Translations under genes and position numbers: made by a program
Origin: Deltaproteobacteria bacterium
GTDB taxonomy: Bacteria; Desulfobacterota; Dissulfuribacteria; Dissulfuribacterales; QOAL01
Direction: 5' to 3'
Length of the DNA: 63,361 nucleotides
NCBI GenBank assembly: GCA_015494395.1
Contig: WGBG01000011.1
Span: 1 to 63,361 of the forward strand
Notes under the pieces: generated by a model
What the model was told of the DNA's origin: nothing
Database searches by the model: none
Seen by the model: the letters and a program-made list of their open reading frames with translations, nothing else
Shown: positions 1 to 8,652 of the stretch, in pieces
Layout of the letters: every line of letters starts with the position of its first letter
How positions within the stretch are numbered: position 1 is the stretch's first letter

Positions 1-556
1 AATCAGACCTGTATCTTGCAAAAACACGTGAGAAATCAAGGGCTACCTTGCAAACTGCCTCATCAAACTCGTAACTCTCCATGACAAACACACCTTGTTT
101 ATCATACTTTTTACCGTCCAATTTATATACCTTTGCTACAAGCTCATCCGGATAAACAAGAACATAATATTTAACCTTTTCCCTCTCATATATGTCAAAT
201 TTATATTTCTCGTCCCGCAATGCGGTGGATTTGCTGATAACTTCAACTATAATTTCAGGTGGTCTGGTAAGAAATCTTTCATTGGTTTCGCCACAAATCA
301 GGACAACATCCGGACGAAGAACGGTGTCTTCGGCAATTTTGTAATCTATCTCCCCCAAGACTTCACACTTGGGGCAAGCCTCAACCTGATTGCCAAGCAG
401 CCTGGCTATCTCATAAGCCAGGGCTTGATGTATCCGGAGCGGCGCTGGAACCATCGCGCAGGCTATCCCGTCTATCAATTCCCATCTTCCTTCCCACTCC
501 ACATAGTCATCGTAAGTGTAGTGAGGTAAGTATTCTTTTTGTAGCATTCTCATCAT
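1..556 (-). CDS. Uma2-family (DUF820) restriction-endonuclease-fold protein; the 3' end runs off the window
   Basis: Hand translation of the minus strand from the ATG at 556 stays open to position 2 with no stop: MMRMLQKEYLPHYTYDDYVEWEGRWELIDGIACAMVPAPLRIHQALAYEIARLL..RPDVVLICGE..PEIIVEVISKSTALRDEKYKFDIYEREKVKYYVLVYPDE. This shows the Uma2 hallmarks. It is missing from the ORF track because no stop lies in the window. The listed 95..529 + ORF is its antisense shadow. Confidence 0.75.
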   Translation of the reverse strand, partial: MMRMLQKEYLPHYTYDDYVEWEGRWELIDGIACAMVPAPLRIHQALAYEIARLLGNQVEACPKCEVLGEIDYKIAEDTVLRPDVVLICGETNERFLTRPPEIIVEVISKSTALRDEKYKFDIYEREKVKYYVLVYPDELVAKVYKLDGKKYDKQGVFVMESYEFDEAVCKVALDFSRVFARYRSD

Positions 557-649
557 GTTGTCCCTTTCCTGACTCCGTCAAAACCTGGCATGAGCGGGGG
601 ATAAAATTCAACTTTAGATCATATACAGAATTCCTGCACCTAGATTGAG

Positions 650-2359
650 CTATAGTGTCCTAACCCATACCTTTTTGCCATCTGACACCACCACGATCCT
701 GATAACATTTTCAAATCCTTGTGCCTCAAGCTCCTTTGCATATACCCTGGTATTTATCTGCTCCACGGCTTCCTTAATTGCCTTCTCCGGCTCCTCTTTA
801 TAAAAACCGGTTATGCTCTTCATCTCCATGAGGATGGCCGGCCTTGTCCTGTCATGACGGGGGATAATGAGAATATCATACCTGCCATATCCAAGCTCAC
901 GGTTGGAGCTGATCTCATACTCGTTTCCGAGATTCAGCAGCAGTCCGAGGACAAAGGCCTGATACACTGCCTCAGGATTCTTGCCCTTGGTATCAAAAAA
1001 GGAAAGGGTGGTTATCACGAACTCGTTCAGTAGACGCTCAAACTGGTCAAGGTCGCCTTTTACCAGGGCATTTAACATTGTAACAAGTTTACGGTTACCG
1101 AAGGATTCTTCAAGCCAGGAAGCAATAATATTCTCAAATATATATCTAACCTCCTCGTTTGGAACAGTTAGACGGCATTTCAGTAGCCGAGGGGCAGGAA
1201 TTTCCTCAATGCACTTCAAGTAACCACTGAAAAAGAAAAGACTGTAGATATACCTGGCTTTGCTTTTGATCTCAGGGAACACGATATTCTTGTCTATTAC
1301 AGATTCAATTGACTGTCCTGCTATCAGTTTTTCAATATTTTCCCTTACCTCCAATCCTCCATCTATAATAAGTTCTTTAATTAGAGCATTGGAGGAGGTA
1401 TTGGCCCAGTAGGGCTCTGGATGGTCGGGACGCTGATTGATGAAATTAAGTATGGACCAGGGATTGAAAATGGTGTTATCCCCAAATCTGTAGCCATTGT
1501 ACCAGGAATCCACCTCGTGAATGCGGTCTTCCAGTTCATAATCTACAAGTAGTGAATCCAGTTCATTCCTGGTAATGCCGAACTTGTCAGAAAATGGTCT
1601 TTCAAGAATCGTATAGACATCCAGATTGTTCAGGTCGGAAAATATGCTCTCCCGCGCCACCCGGAGTATGCCGGTTATAACCCCCTTGTAAACATGTGGA
1701 TTATCCTTGAGCCCGCCGGAAAGCAACCCTCGCATGAAGGAGATCATCTCGTCATAGTAGCCATACTGCCATGATGCATGAATCGGGGTGTCATACTCGT
1801 CAATGAGAATTACGGGAGGAACTCCGTGCGTTTCATGCAGAAACCTGCTTAAGGTCTTTAGTGACTCTTCATAATACTCAGGTGCCCCCTCCTCATTAAT
1901 TATCCTGCCTAATATCTTGAACGAGCCATCCAAAGATTCATCTGCCGATAAATGCCTTTCTATCTCCGAGGCTATAATGCGTTTAAGGCTGAATAAAGCT
2001 GAATCAAAAGTGGTTTTTTTAACATCCTTGAAGGTCAGGAAAATAACCGGATATCTGGCGAAATGTTCCTGAAACTCCCGGGTATCCCTGACAGCAAGAC
2101 CATCAAACAGCTTCTCCGCGCGTGCATTCTCCTCTGCAGATTCATGACGCTCAAAAAAATACCGGAGCATGGACAGATTTAAGGTCTTACCAAAACGCCT
2201 GGGACGGGGGATAAGAAAAATTTCCGATCCTGCCTTTATCACCTCCTGGATAAAAAGGGACTTGTCAATAAAAAGCATCCCTCCTTCCCTGAGCTTGCGG
2301 AAATCACTTATGCCAATGCCTATGCGTTTTTTCATTACCTTCACGCCAAAATCAAGCAA
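650..2359 (-). CDS. AAA-ATPase-like domain protein with a C-terminal PD-(D/E)XK nuclease domain (predicted-ATPase/PDDEXK_9 architecture)
   Basis: The N-terminus IGISDFRKLREGGMLFIDKSLFIQEVI..PRPRRFGKTLNLSML is typical of the predicted AAA-ATPase family. The C-terminus GYGRYDILIIPR..AILMEMKS gives a D..E-x-K nuclease signature. The true start is probably the MKKR codon at 2335. Confidence 0.75.
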   Translation of the reverse strand: MLDFGVKVMKKRIGIGISDFRKLREGGMLFIDKSLFIQEVIKAGSEIFLIPRPRRFGKTLNLSMLRYFFERHESAEENARAEKLFDGLAVRDTREFQEHFARYPVIFLTFKDVKKTTFDSALFSLKRIIASEIERHLSADESLDGSFKILGRIINEEGAPEYYEESLKTLSRFLHETHGVPPVILIDEYDTPIHASWQYGYYDEMISFMRGLLSGGLKDNPHVYKGVITGILRVARESIFSDLNNLDVYTILERPFSDKFGITRNELDSLLVDYELEDRIHEVDSWYNGYRFGDNTIFNPWSILNFINQRPDHPEPYWANTSSNALIKELIIDGGLEVRENIEKLIAGQSIESVIDKNIVFPEIKSKARYIYSLFFFSGYLKCIEEIPAPRLLKCRLTVPNEEVRYIFENIIASWLEESFGNRKLVTMLNALVKGDLDQFERLLNEFVITTLSFFDTKGKNPEAVYQAFVLGLLLNLGNEYEISSNRELGYGRYDILIIPRHDRTRPAILMEMKSITGFYKEEPEKAIKEAVEQINTRVYAKELEAQGFENVIRIVVVSDGKKVWVRTL

Positions 2360-2397
2360 AAATCTTCACTGAAAAAGTCCCAAGCATACTAATTTCC

Positions 2398-3405
2398 TCA
2401 GGAAATTTCTGTAGAACCCTTCATATTGATAAAAAACTTTACCGTTTCAGCAATACCTTCCTCCAGATTCACGCGACATTTCCAGCCAAGCATGGCCTCG
2501 GCCTTGCCGGTATCGGAAAAATTCCTCTTCACATCGCCTGGACGGGGCCCAGCCATTCTTATTTCCGGCCGTCCCAGTGCCTGATCTTCCATAGCACCTG
2601 AAACCATCTCGGCTATCTCAAGCACCGTAGTCTCCCGGCTGGTTGCTATCTGGAAGGTCTCTCCGCCGATACCGGGCCTGGTGGCAGAGAGCACAACGGC
2701 ATCGATCAGGTCATCAATATAGATGAAATCCCTTGTCTGTGTACCATCACCATAGATCTCAAGATGCTTTCCGGCCAGGGCATTTTTTATAAACCTCGCC
2801 ACCACACTGCCCTTGTGGATTGAGCCAGGGCCATAAACATTACCAAAACGAAGCGCCACTGTTTCGAGACCAAAACTTTTGTAATAGGCAGAACAGTACC
2901 CCTCACCGGCCAACTTACTGGCCCCGTATGGCGATACTGGATGCGGGGGCAACTCCTCGTGTATAGGCGGCTCCACCTCACCGGCCGGAGCACCTGAAGA
3001 GGCGAAAACGAAACGGGCGGCACCGGCCCCGCGCGCGGCTTCAAGCATGTTAAAGGTTCCCACTACATTGCACTCCATATCCAGCCTTGGGTTATCAATA
3101 GAGGCGGGCACCCCCGTATTTGCCGCAAAGTGAACTACTACATCCATTCCACTACAGCACAAGGCACATACATCGGGATCACGGATATCACCTACCACCA
3201 GTGTCACTCCTGGCAGGGATCCTGCGGACAAATCTCCTGGTTCCTTTTCCACAAACCGGCAGACCTCGCCCAGATCATCCCTTCCACCCACCGAAAGGTT
3301 GTCGAGGACCCGCACGGAAGCGGCTATCTCCTCTGAAAGAAGTCGCCTTATAAGTGCAGTACCCAGGAATCCGCCCCCCCCTGTAATCAGCCAGTTCAAC
3401 GCCAC
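2398..3405 (-). CDS. NAD-dependent sugar-nucleotide epimerase/dehydratase (GalE-like extended SDR)
   Basis: GGGGFLGTAL Rossmann motif, and YGASK (YxxxK) catalytic motif after an SSGA serine. It overlaps the upstream gene by 10 nt, which suggests an operon. Confidence 0.8.
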   Translation of the reverse strand: MALNWLITGGGGFLGTALIRRLLSEEIAASVRVLDNLSVGGRDDLGEVCRFVEKEPGDLSAGSLPGVTLVVGDIRDPDVCALCCSGMDVVVHFAANTGVPASIDNPRLDMECNVVGTFNMLEAARGAGAARFVFASSGAPAGEVEPPIHEELPPHPVSPYGASKLAGEGYCSAYYKSFGLETVALRFGNVYGPGSIHKGSVVARFIKNALAGKHLEIYGDGTQTRDFIYIDDLIDAVVLSATRPGIGGETFQIATSRETTVLEIAEMVSGAMEDQALGRPEIRMAGPRPGDVKRNFSDTGKAEAMLGWKCRVNLEEGIAETVKFFINMKGSTEIS

Positions 3406-4550
3406 TTTATCCCCCTTAATATCCTGTTTGGCTCTATCCTGTCACTGTGGCGCTCTACCACTGCAAACATCCCATGGAGCACTTCATCAGTGAGCAGGCA
3501 CGGGGTCAGCCCCAGTTCCCTTAACCCGGAGTACACCGGATTATAATAATGCTCCTCTTTCTCCACCCTGGGATTCTCGATATGACTTACTTCCACTCCA
3601 TACCCACGCTCACGGCCCACCTTGACCACCTTTTCCGCAAGCTCGTTCACCGTAAAGGTCTCAGTAACCTGGTTAAAGATTCGCAGTTCCCCCTCAGCCG
3701 GAGGGTTTTCCATGGCAAGGCCTACACAACGGATGGTGTCTCTTATATTTATATATCCCCGGGTCTGGCCGCCCTTGCCGTAAATTGTAAGCGGCACCCC
3801 GGCCACGGCCTGTACCACGAAACGGTTGAGCACGGTGCCGAAAATCTCATCATAATTGAAAGTGGTGCCCAAACGCTGATCCATTTCGGTCTCATCCGTG
3901 CCGATACCATACACCGGACCCTGCTGGAGATCTGTAACCCGAAGGCCCCAGGTGCGCACATAAAACCAGAGCATATCGGTGTCCTGTATCTTGGTGGTGT
4001 GGTAAAAGGAGCTGGCCTGCCGGGGAAACAGGAAACGGTCCCTGCGTCCCTTATGCTCTATCTCTATCCATCCCTCCTCAATATCGATATTAGGGGTGCC
4101 ATACACCCCCATGGTGCCTAACTTGATGATATGACACCGGGGGCAATTCTCATACACGGCCCAGGCCACGTTCTGTGTGGCCTGCAGGTTGTTTCGCAGG
4201 GTAAGGCTTGCGGCAGCGTGGTTCAGCATGGAATATGGGGCCGACGGCTGCTCGGCGTAATGAACTATTGCCTCGGGTGAAAACTCCCGGAACAGGTATG
4301 AAAGAAAATGGTAATCGCAACAATCGCCTATGCGCACATCTATACTGAGGCCGCTCACGTCTTTCCAGATCCTTGCCCGCTCATGAAGATTTGGCGGGAT
4401 AAAAAGCGACTCCACATCATGCCTGCGGCAAAGATCGCGGCGCAGATAGTTATCCACGGCAACTACCTGGTGACCACCTGCGGAAAAATTCATGGCCGTA
4501 GGCCAACCCAGATACCCATCAGCGCCCAGGATCACCACCCGCATCACCAT
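3396..4550 (-). CDS. sqdB: UDP-sulfoquinovose synthase (SQD1/SqdB/Agl3 family)
   Basis: It appears colinear with plant SQD1 as I recall that sequence: GADGYLGWPTA, EQPSAPYSM, KLGTMGVYGTPNIDIEEGW, QASSFYHTTK (the SQD1-specific Y-H-x-x-K), DLQQGPVYG..TDETE, LNRFVVQAVAGVPLTIYGKGGQTRGYINIRDT, NPRVEKEEHYYN. Confidence 0.75.
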   Translation of the reverse strand: MVMRVVILGADGYLGWPTAMNFSAGGHQVVAVDNYLRRDLCRRHDVESLFIPPNLHERARIWKDVSGLSIDVRIGDCCDYHFLSYLFREFSPEAIVHYAEQPSAPYSMLNHAAASLTLRNNLQATQNVAWAVYENCPRCHIIKLGTMGVYGTPNIDIEEGWIEIEHKGRRDRFLFPRQASSFYHTTKIQDTDMLWFYVRTWGLRVTDLQQGPVYGIGTDETEMDQRLGTTFNYDEIFGTVLNRFVVQAVAGVPLTIYGKGGQTRGYINIRDTIRCVGLAMENPPAEGELRIFNQVTETFTVNELAEKVVKVGRERGYGVEVSHIENPRVEKEEHYYNPVYSGLRELGLTPCLLTDEVLHGMFAVVERHSDRIEPNRILRGIKWR

Positions 4551-5656
4551 CCCTCCTCTTCGCGTTCCCCTGGCCAGTAGCGCCTGCCTGGATGATGCTC
4601 TCCCAGATCCACGGTCAACAGATCGTGCTCCTTCAGGAAATTCCGCAGGCCATCTCTGCTCAAGGGTTTGATGTTGGCAGAGATATAAGGATCTGTTACC
4701 GAGGTTTTGATTACGTCGGGATAATCATAATTTATCTGCCTGTATATACCCCGGAAAGCAGGCAGTACGGCAAAGTATTCCCTGAGCTCCAGTGAACGCC
4801 GTGTCTCCTCGCTGCTCATCAACTCCTCATAGAGCTTTTCTCCTGGTTTTGCCCCAATAGTCCTTATTTCTATCCCATCTGGCTTGAAACCGAATACCGG
4901 GGCCAGCTCCTCGATCATCACCTGGGCGAGATCCCTGATCCGTATTACCGACATCTTGGTGATAAACACCTCTCCCCCCCTGGCAATCCTTGCCGAATCT
5001 ATGACCAGGCGAACCGCCTGAGAGATACTCATAATGAAACGGGTCATCTCCGGATCAGTCAAAGTGACCGGGCCACCATCCCTGATCTGTCTGATAAATA
5101 TGGGGATTACCGACCCGCGTGATCCCAGCACATTTCCGAACCTGGTTGAAGCAAACCGTGTTCCATGCGCGGCTGCGCTGCTGTTAGCCGCTGTCATGAT
5201 CCGCTCGCCCATAAGTTTTGAAGTACCCATGACACTGGTCGGGTTAACTGCCTTGTCCGTACTGGTGAATATGACCAGTTCCACCCGGTTGGAACAGGCG
5301 GCAGAGATGATATTCTGTACTCCAATTATATTGGTCTGCACAGCCTCGTAGGGGGAACGCTCACACAGGATTACATGCTTGAATGCCGCTGCATGAAAGA
5401 CCACATCCACGCCTTCCATCATACGGGTAAGCTTGTCCCGATCTCGGATATCGGTGAGGAAGAAGGAGGCCCGGCGGTCATTGATAAACCGCTGCTCAAG
5501 GAAAAAAAGCTCGCTCTCGTTGTTGTCAAGGGCAACGAGCCTGGAGATGCCGTGATCATGCATAAGAAGCTGCCGGACCAATTCTTTGCCAACGGTCCCG
5601 CATGCACCGGTAACCAGCACTTTTTTTCCCATCAATGAATAGCAGTTATCCACCAA
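4544..5656 (-). CDS. Polysaccharide biosynthesis protein of the CapD/PseB/FlaA1 type (UDP-HexNAc 4,6-dehydratase-like SDR)
   Basis: VLVTGACGTVGKEL Rossmann motif, TDKAVNPTSVMGTSK (YxxxK variant of the Polysacc_synt_2 family), FGNVLGSRGSVIP. Confidence 0.7.
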   Translation of the reverse strand: MVDNCYSLMGKKVLVTGACGTVGKELVRQLLMHDHGISRLVALDNNESELFFLEQRFINDRRASFFLTDIRDRDKLTRMMEGVDVVFHAAAFKHVILCERSPYEAVQTNIIGVQNIISAACSNRVELVIFTSTDKAVNPTSVMGTSKLMGERIMTAANSSAAAHGTRFASTRFGNVLGSRGSVIPIFIRQIRDGGPVTLTDPEMTRFIMSISQAVRLVIDSARIARGGEVFITKMSVIRIRDLAQVMIEELAPVFGFKPDGIEIRTIGAKPGEKLYEELMSSEETRRSLELREYFAVLPAFRGIYRQINYDYPDVIKTSVTDPYISANIKPLSRDGLRNFLKEHDLLTVDLGEHHPGRRYWPGEREEEGW

Positions 5657-5854
5657 GTACCCTCTTCACACGCTTCAGATCCCGCGACTTTTTCTTCGAC
5701 CATTCATTACATGAACAAAAAAATCATAATACTCGGCGGACATTCGTTGTGGAATTTTTCAGATGGAGGAAGGCACGGAAAAGATTTATACTCGGCCCTA
5801 TGCCAGCTATTACAACGAAGCACCGGACTGCTCTTATTCTGGAAGTTTCCAGCA

Positions 5855-5886
5855 ATCACTTATTGACCTTATCACTTATTGACCTT
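5855..5886. repeat. Perfect 16-bp tandem direct repeat (ATCACTTATTGACCTT x2) in the 289-bp gap inside the glycan locus
   Basis: Read directly: 5855-5870 and 5871-5886 are identical. It lies about 200 nt upstream of the CapD/PseB-like gene start (5656, minus strand). Confidence 0.9.
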
Positions 5887-5945
5887 AAGTCATAAATTGA
5901 GTGATTGAAACTATAGTTACCTGACTGAGCTGAAAACAAAGCCCC

Positions 5946-7208
5946 TCAGGCTCTTGTAACAATTTCCTCGTATAAAGAAATATATTTTTTCGCTACTATC
6001 CTGCTGTCAAACTCTCTCAAGACTTTTTCCCTGGCATTTTTTCCAATAAGTTTCTGCCGCGTATCGTCTTCCACAACCCACTCTATTCCTCTGACTAAGT
6101 CTTTTGCATCAAAAGGTACGGCCTTGTAACCTGTTTTTTTATGATCCACAATATCTTTAGGACCTGTTGCATCAAAGCAGACAACAGGAGTCCTGCACGC
6201 CATTGCTTCAACCAATGTCTTTCCAAAAGCCTCCATCGTTGAACTGGCAACAAAAACATCTGCTGCAGAATATGCCAAACGCAGTGACACCACGTCATGC
6301 AAAAAATCAAGCATCTTATATTCGAAGCGAAGGTTATGCCTAATCTCACTATCTATCTTACCGAAAAAAAGCAAAAAAATATCATCATCTTTAACATATC
6401 GTAACGCCTCAAGATACAAATTAAATCCTTTCCAAGGATCGCGTAAAGAGTGAGCGCCAGCAAGAACAATTTTTTTATCCTTGGGCAGGCCAAGAATATC
6501 ACGCGAAATTTCTTTATTAACAGGCCTAAAGGCATGAGTATCAATATTATTCGATATTGTCCTAACATCAAATTCTTTAAACAGTTGGCTATTTCTGGCA
6601 CAATCGCTTAACCAATTACTGATCCCAACTACCTTCATATCTCGAGGCAATCTGTATTTCTTGCGCCATAAAACAAACCGAGATAGATCGTATTTCTTAT
6701 AACTGGAAAGTACTTTGCATGTTCCACAACCAGACTCATAATTATTACAATCAAGTGCATAATGACACCCCCCAGTCACTGGCCACATGTCTCGCATAGT
6801 CCACACAATGGGTTTACTGATCTTAGAAAAATGCTTTATATTGACAAATCCACCATTTATCCAGTGGAAATGTACGATATCAGCCCATTTGTACGCTTCG
6901 GTTTCAATAAAATCAAACCCCACCAAACCACAATGAAATATCACCCTCCTTCGTTGGCGATATAGCATTACAGGAAGAACATCAAGTTGTGACCGTAAAA
7001 CATCTTTGATTTTTTGTTTTCTGGAAACAGCAACACTGGTGACAGTGTCATCCCCAAAAGTGTCCCTTGAGTTTGTTAATATTCTGGAGCTGATGCCTGA
7101 TTTTAACAGTCCTTTGTGAAGCCAATACGCTCCCCTGGCAGCGCCACCATTCAACTCCCCGCCAACAATATGCAGGACCTTAAAATCCTGTGACACAATT
7201 ACCCTCAC
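5946..7208 (-). CDS. Glycosyltransferase family 4 (GT-B, retaining)
   Basis: HIVGGELNGGAARGAYWLH N-terminal motif. C-terminal segment ADVFVASSTMEAFGKTLVEAMACRTPVV (E-x7-E region). Confidence 0.8.
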   Translation of the reverse strand: MRVIVSQDFKVLHIVGGELNGGAARGAYWLHKGLLKSGISSRILTNSRDTFGDDTVTSVAVSRKQKIKDVLRSQLDVLPVMLYRQRRRVIFHCGLVGFDFIETEAYKWADIVHFHWINGGFVNIKHFSKISKPIVWTMRDMWPVTGGCHYALDCNNYESGCGTCKVLSSYKKYDLSRFVLWRKKYRLPRDMKVVGISNWLSDCARNSQLFKEFDVRTISNNIDTHAFRPVNKEISRDILGLPKDKKIVLAGAHSLRDPWKGFNLYLEALRYVKDDDIFLLFFGKIDSEIRHNLRFEYKMLDFLHDVVSLRLAYSAADVFVASSTMEAFGKTLVEAMACRTPVVCFDATGPKDIVDHKKTGYKAVPFDAKDLVRGIEWVVEDDTRQKLIGKNAREKVLREFDSRIVAKKYISLYEEIVTRA

Positions 7209-8652
7209 CTAGTTGAGTGGATAATAATTGATGAAAATTTTTAGCAGGATCTTTCGCCCAAAAAACAGCCTTACTTTTATTCGTTTGTTCAACCCACTGA
7301 TTATAGAAGCTTCTTTTGTGTTTGACCTTTTCAATCAACTCTTGAAATTCTCCTGGTGTGTTAATGATCACAGCAGCATTTTTTTCATGAAGACAAAAGG
7401 CATTGCCAGACTCCTCCAAGTTCAATATTACTGTTGGAACACCTAAACCTACGCTTTCAAAAAGCGTAGTTGAAAATACACTGCAATGAATGTGGGTATC
7501 AGACAGTAATTCATAAAAGGAGGCAGAGGGATCTGCTATTTTTACCTTATTCCCTAGGTTAGAATATCTTTCTATATGTTCACAGGTCTCTAATGGATGC
7601 GGTTTAACTGTTAACAATATATCTTCAAGTGGTAACGGGAGAACCTGCTTCAAAAATACTGATAATTGATTAACTATTATCCACTGTGAACTAATCAAAA
7701 CTTTTAGGGGGGATTGTTTTTGAGTGACCTTGTTACTGAACAAAGTCCTTCTATAGAATTCGATACGAGGAAGACCAATGGCTACAGCATCCTCCCTTTG
7801 GCAGTAATTCAGCTTGGGGAGCAAACTGGAAAAATATTCTCCAAATGTCAAAACCTTATCTGGAAAGGGCAGAACGTATTGATTGTCAATGACTTCTTGC
7901 GCATAAGTGTAGGCCATATGACCGTCATATATAATTCCATGTTGCAGCTCCCAAACAGGAATATTTAAAGATTTGGCCGCCATAATGGCTCCTTCTTTGC
8001 CATACGCACATTCTACCAAAAGCAATGAGGGATTAAGTTGACCTAAAAGCCACTTAAAATATAGACGTTGTGCTATATGACGAGACCAAATAGCATCCCA
8101 TTTTTGTTTACTTATCTCACAATTAGTGCCACTCAAAAAAGTATTTAAAGCTGATAATAATTCATTAACTACCGTTTTTGATTTTTTAAAATCTGGACGA
8201 GCAAAGAATACTGCTAAGGGCAGTAATTTATCATCAATATAAAGCTGATCAGGCTTGAGCCTTTCTCTGTATTTTGTAATTTCATAAAAGGAAAGCATAT
8301 TTTCGATGGGGGGATAAAAAAAATCAAAATAGCAATTTTTATAGCTATCCCCAACATAATCTCTTAGCCTATCTGTAGACGTAAGACATAAAATATCTAC
8401 CTGATCCTTAAGAGATACGGCACGGTAGAGCCTTCGTAATGTACCAGGAACTGCGGCAAGCCTGTTCATCCACCTCTGAACCTTATTTGAAGCTACCCTG
8501 GCTCTCTTATTAAAATTTCCTTCACTAATTTTTAGCCATTCAGCTACAGTAAATCTAAAAACAGGCCAAACAGAATAACCATCTACTTGGTATTGAAAAG
8601 GATCAAACTGTTTTTCAAAATTAAATATGACTTCTTTGATATTAAGACTCAT
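7180..8652 (-). CDS. Hypothetical protein; possibly a GT-B ulosonic-acid (sialyl/Kdo-type) transferase carrying an HP motif
   Basis: Long ORF packed tightly in the operon, overlapping both neighbours. The only recognisable signature is LLTVKPHPLE. This resembles the HP motif shared by bacterial sialyltransferase and KpsC/KpsS-type families. The product call is weak. Confidence 0.4.
   Translation of the reverse strand: MSLNIKEVIFNFEKQFDPFQYQVDGYSVWPVFRFTVAEWLKISEGNFNKRARVASNKVQRWMNRLAAVPGTLRRLYRAVSLKDQVDILCLTSTDRLRDYVGDSYKNCYFDFFYPPIENMLSFYEITKYRERLKPDQLYIDDKLLPLAVFFARPDFKKSKTVVNELLSALNTFLSGTNCEISKQKWDAIWSRHIAQRLYFKWLLGQLNPSLLLVECAYGKEGAIMAAKSLNIPVWELQHGIIYDGHMAYTYAQEVIDNQYVLPFPDKVLTFGEYFSSLLPKLNYCQREDAVAIGLPRIEFYRRTLFSNKVTQKQSPLKVLISSQWIIVNQLSVFLKQVLPLPLEDILLTVKPHPLETCEHIERYSNLGNKVKIADPSASFYELLSDTHIHCSVFSTTLFESVGLGVPTVILNLEESGNAFCLHEKNAAVIINTPGEFQELIEKVKHKRSFYNQWVEQTNKSKAVFWAKDPAKNFHQLLSTQLGEGNCVTGF

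Noticed and set aside
5635-5895. The 86-aa ORF in the glycan-locus gap, and small ORFs at 14041..14229, 18828..19019, 33751..33963, 33997..34254, 58082..58333, 58230..58424 and 61963..62205.
   Set aside because: They lie in AT-rich promoter or spacer DNA or overlap element sequence, have no start context or recognisable motifs, and several overlap real genes. There is not enough evidence to call them.
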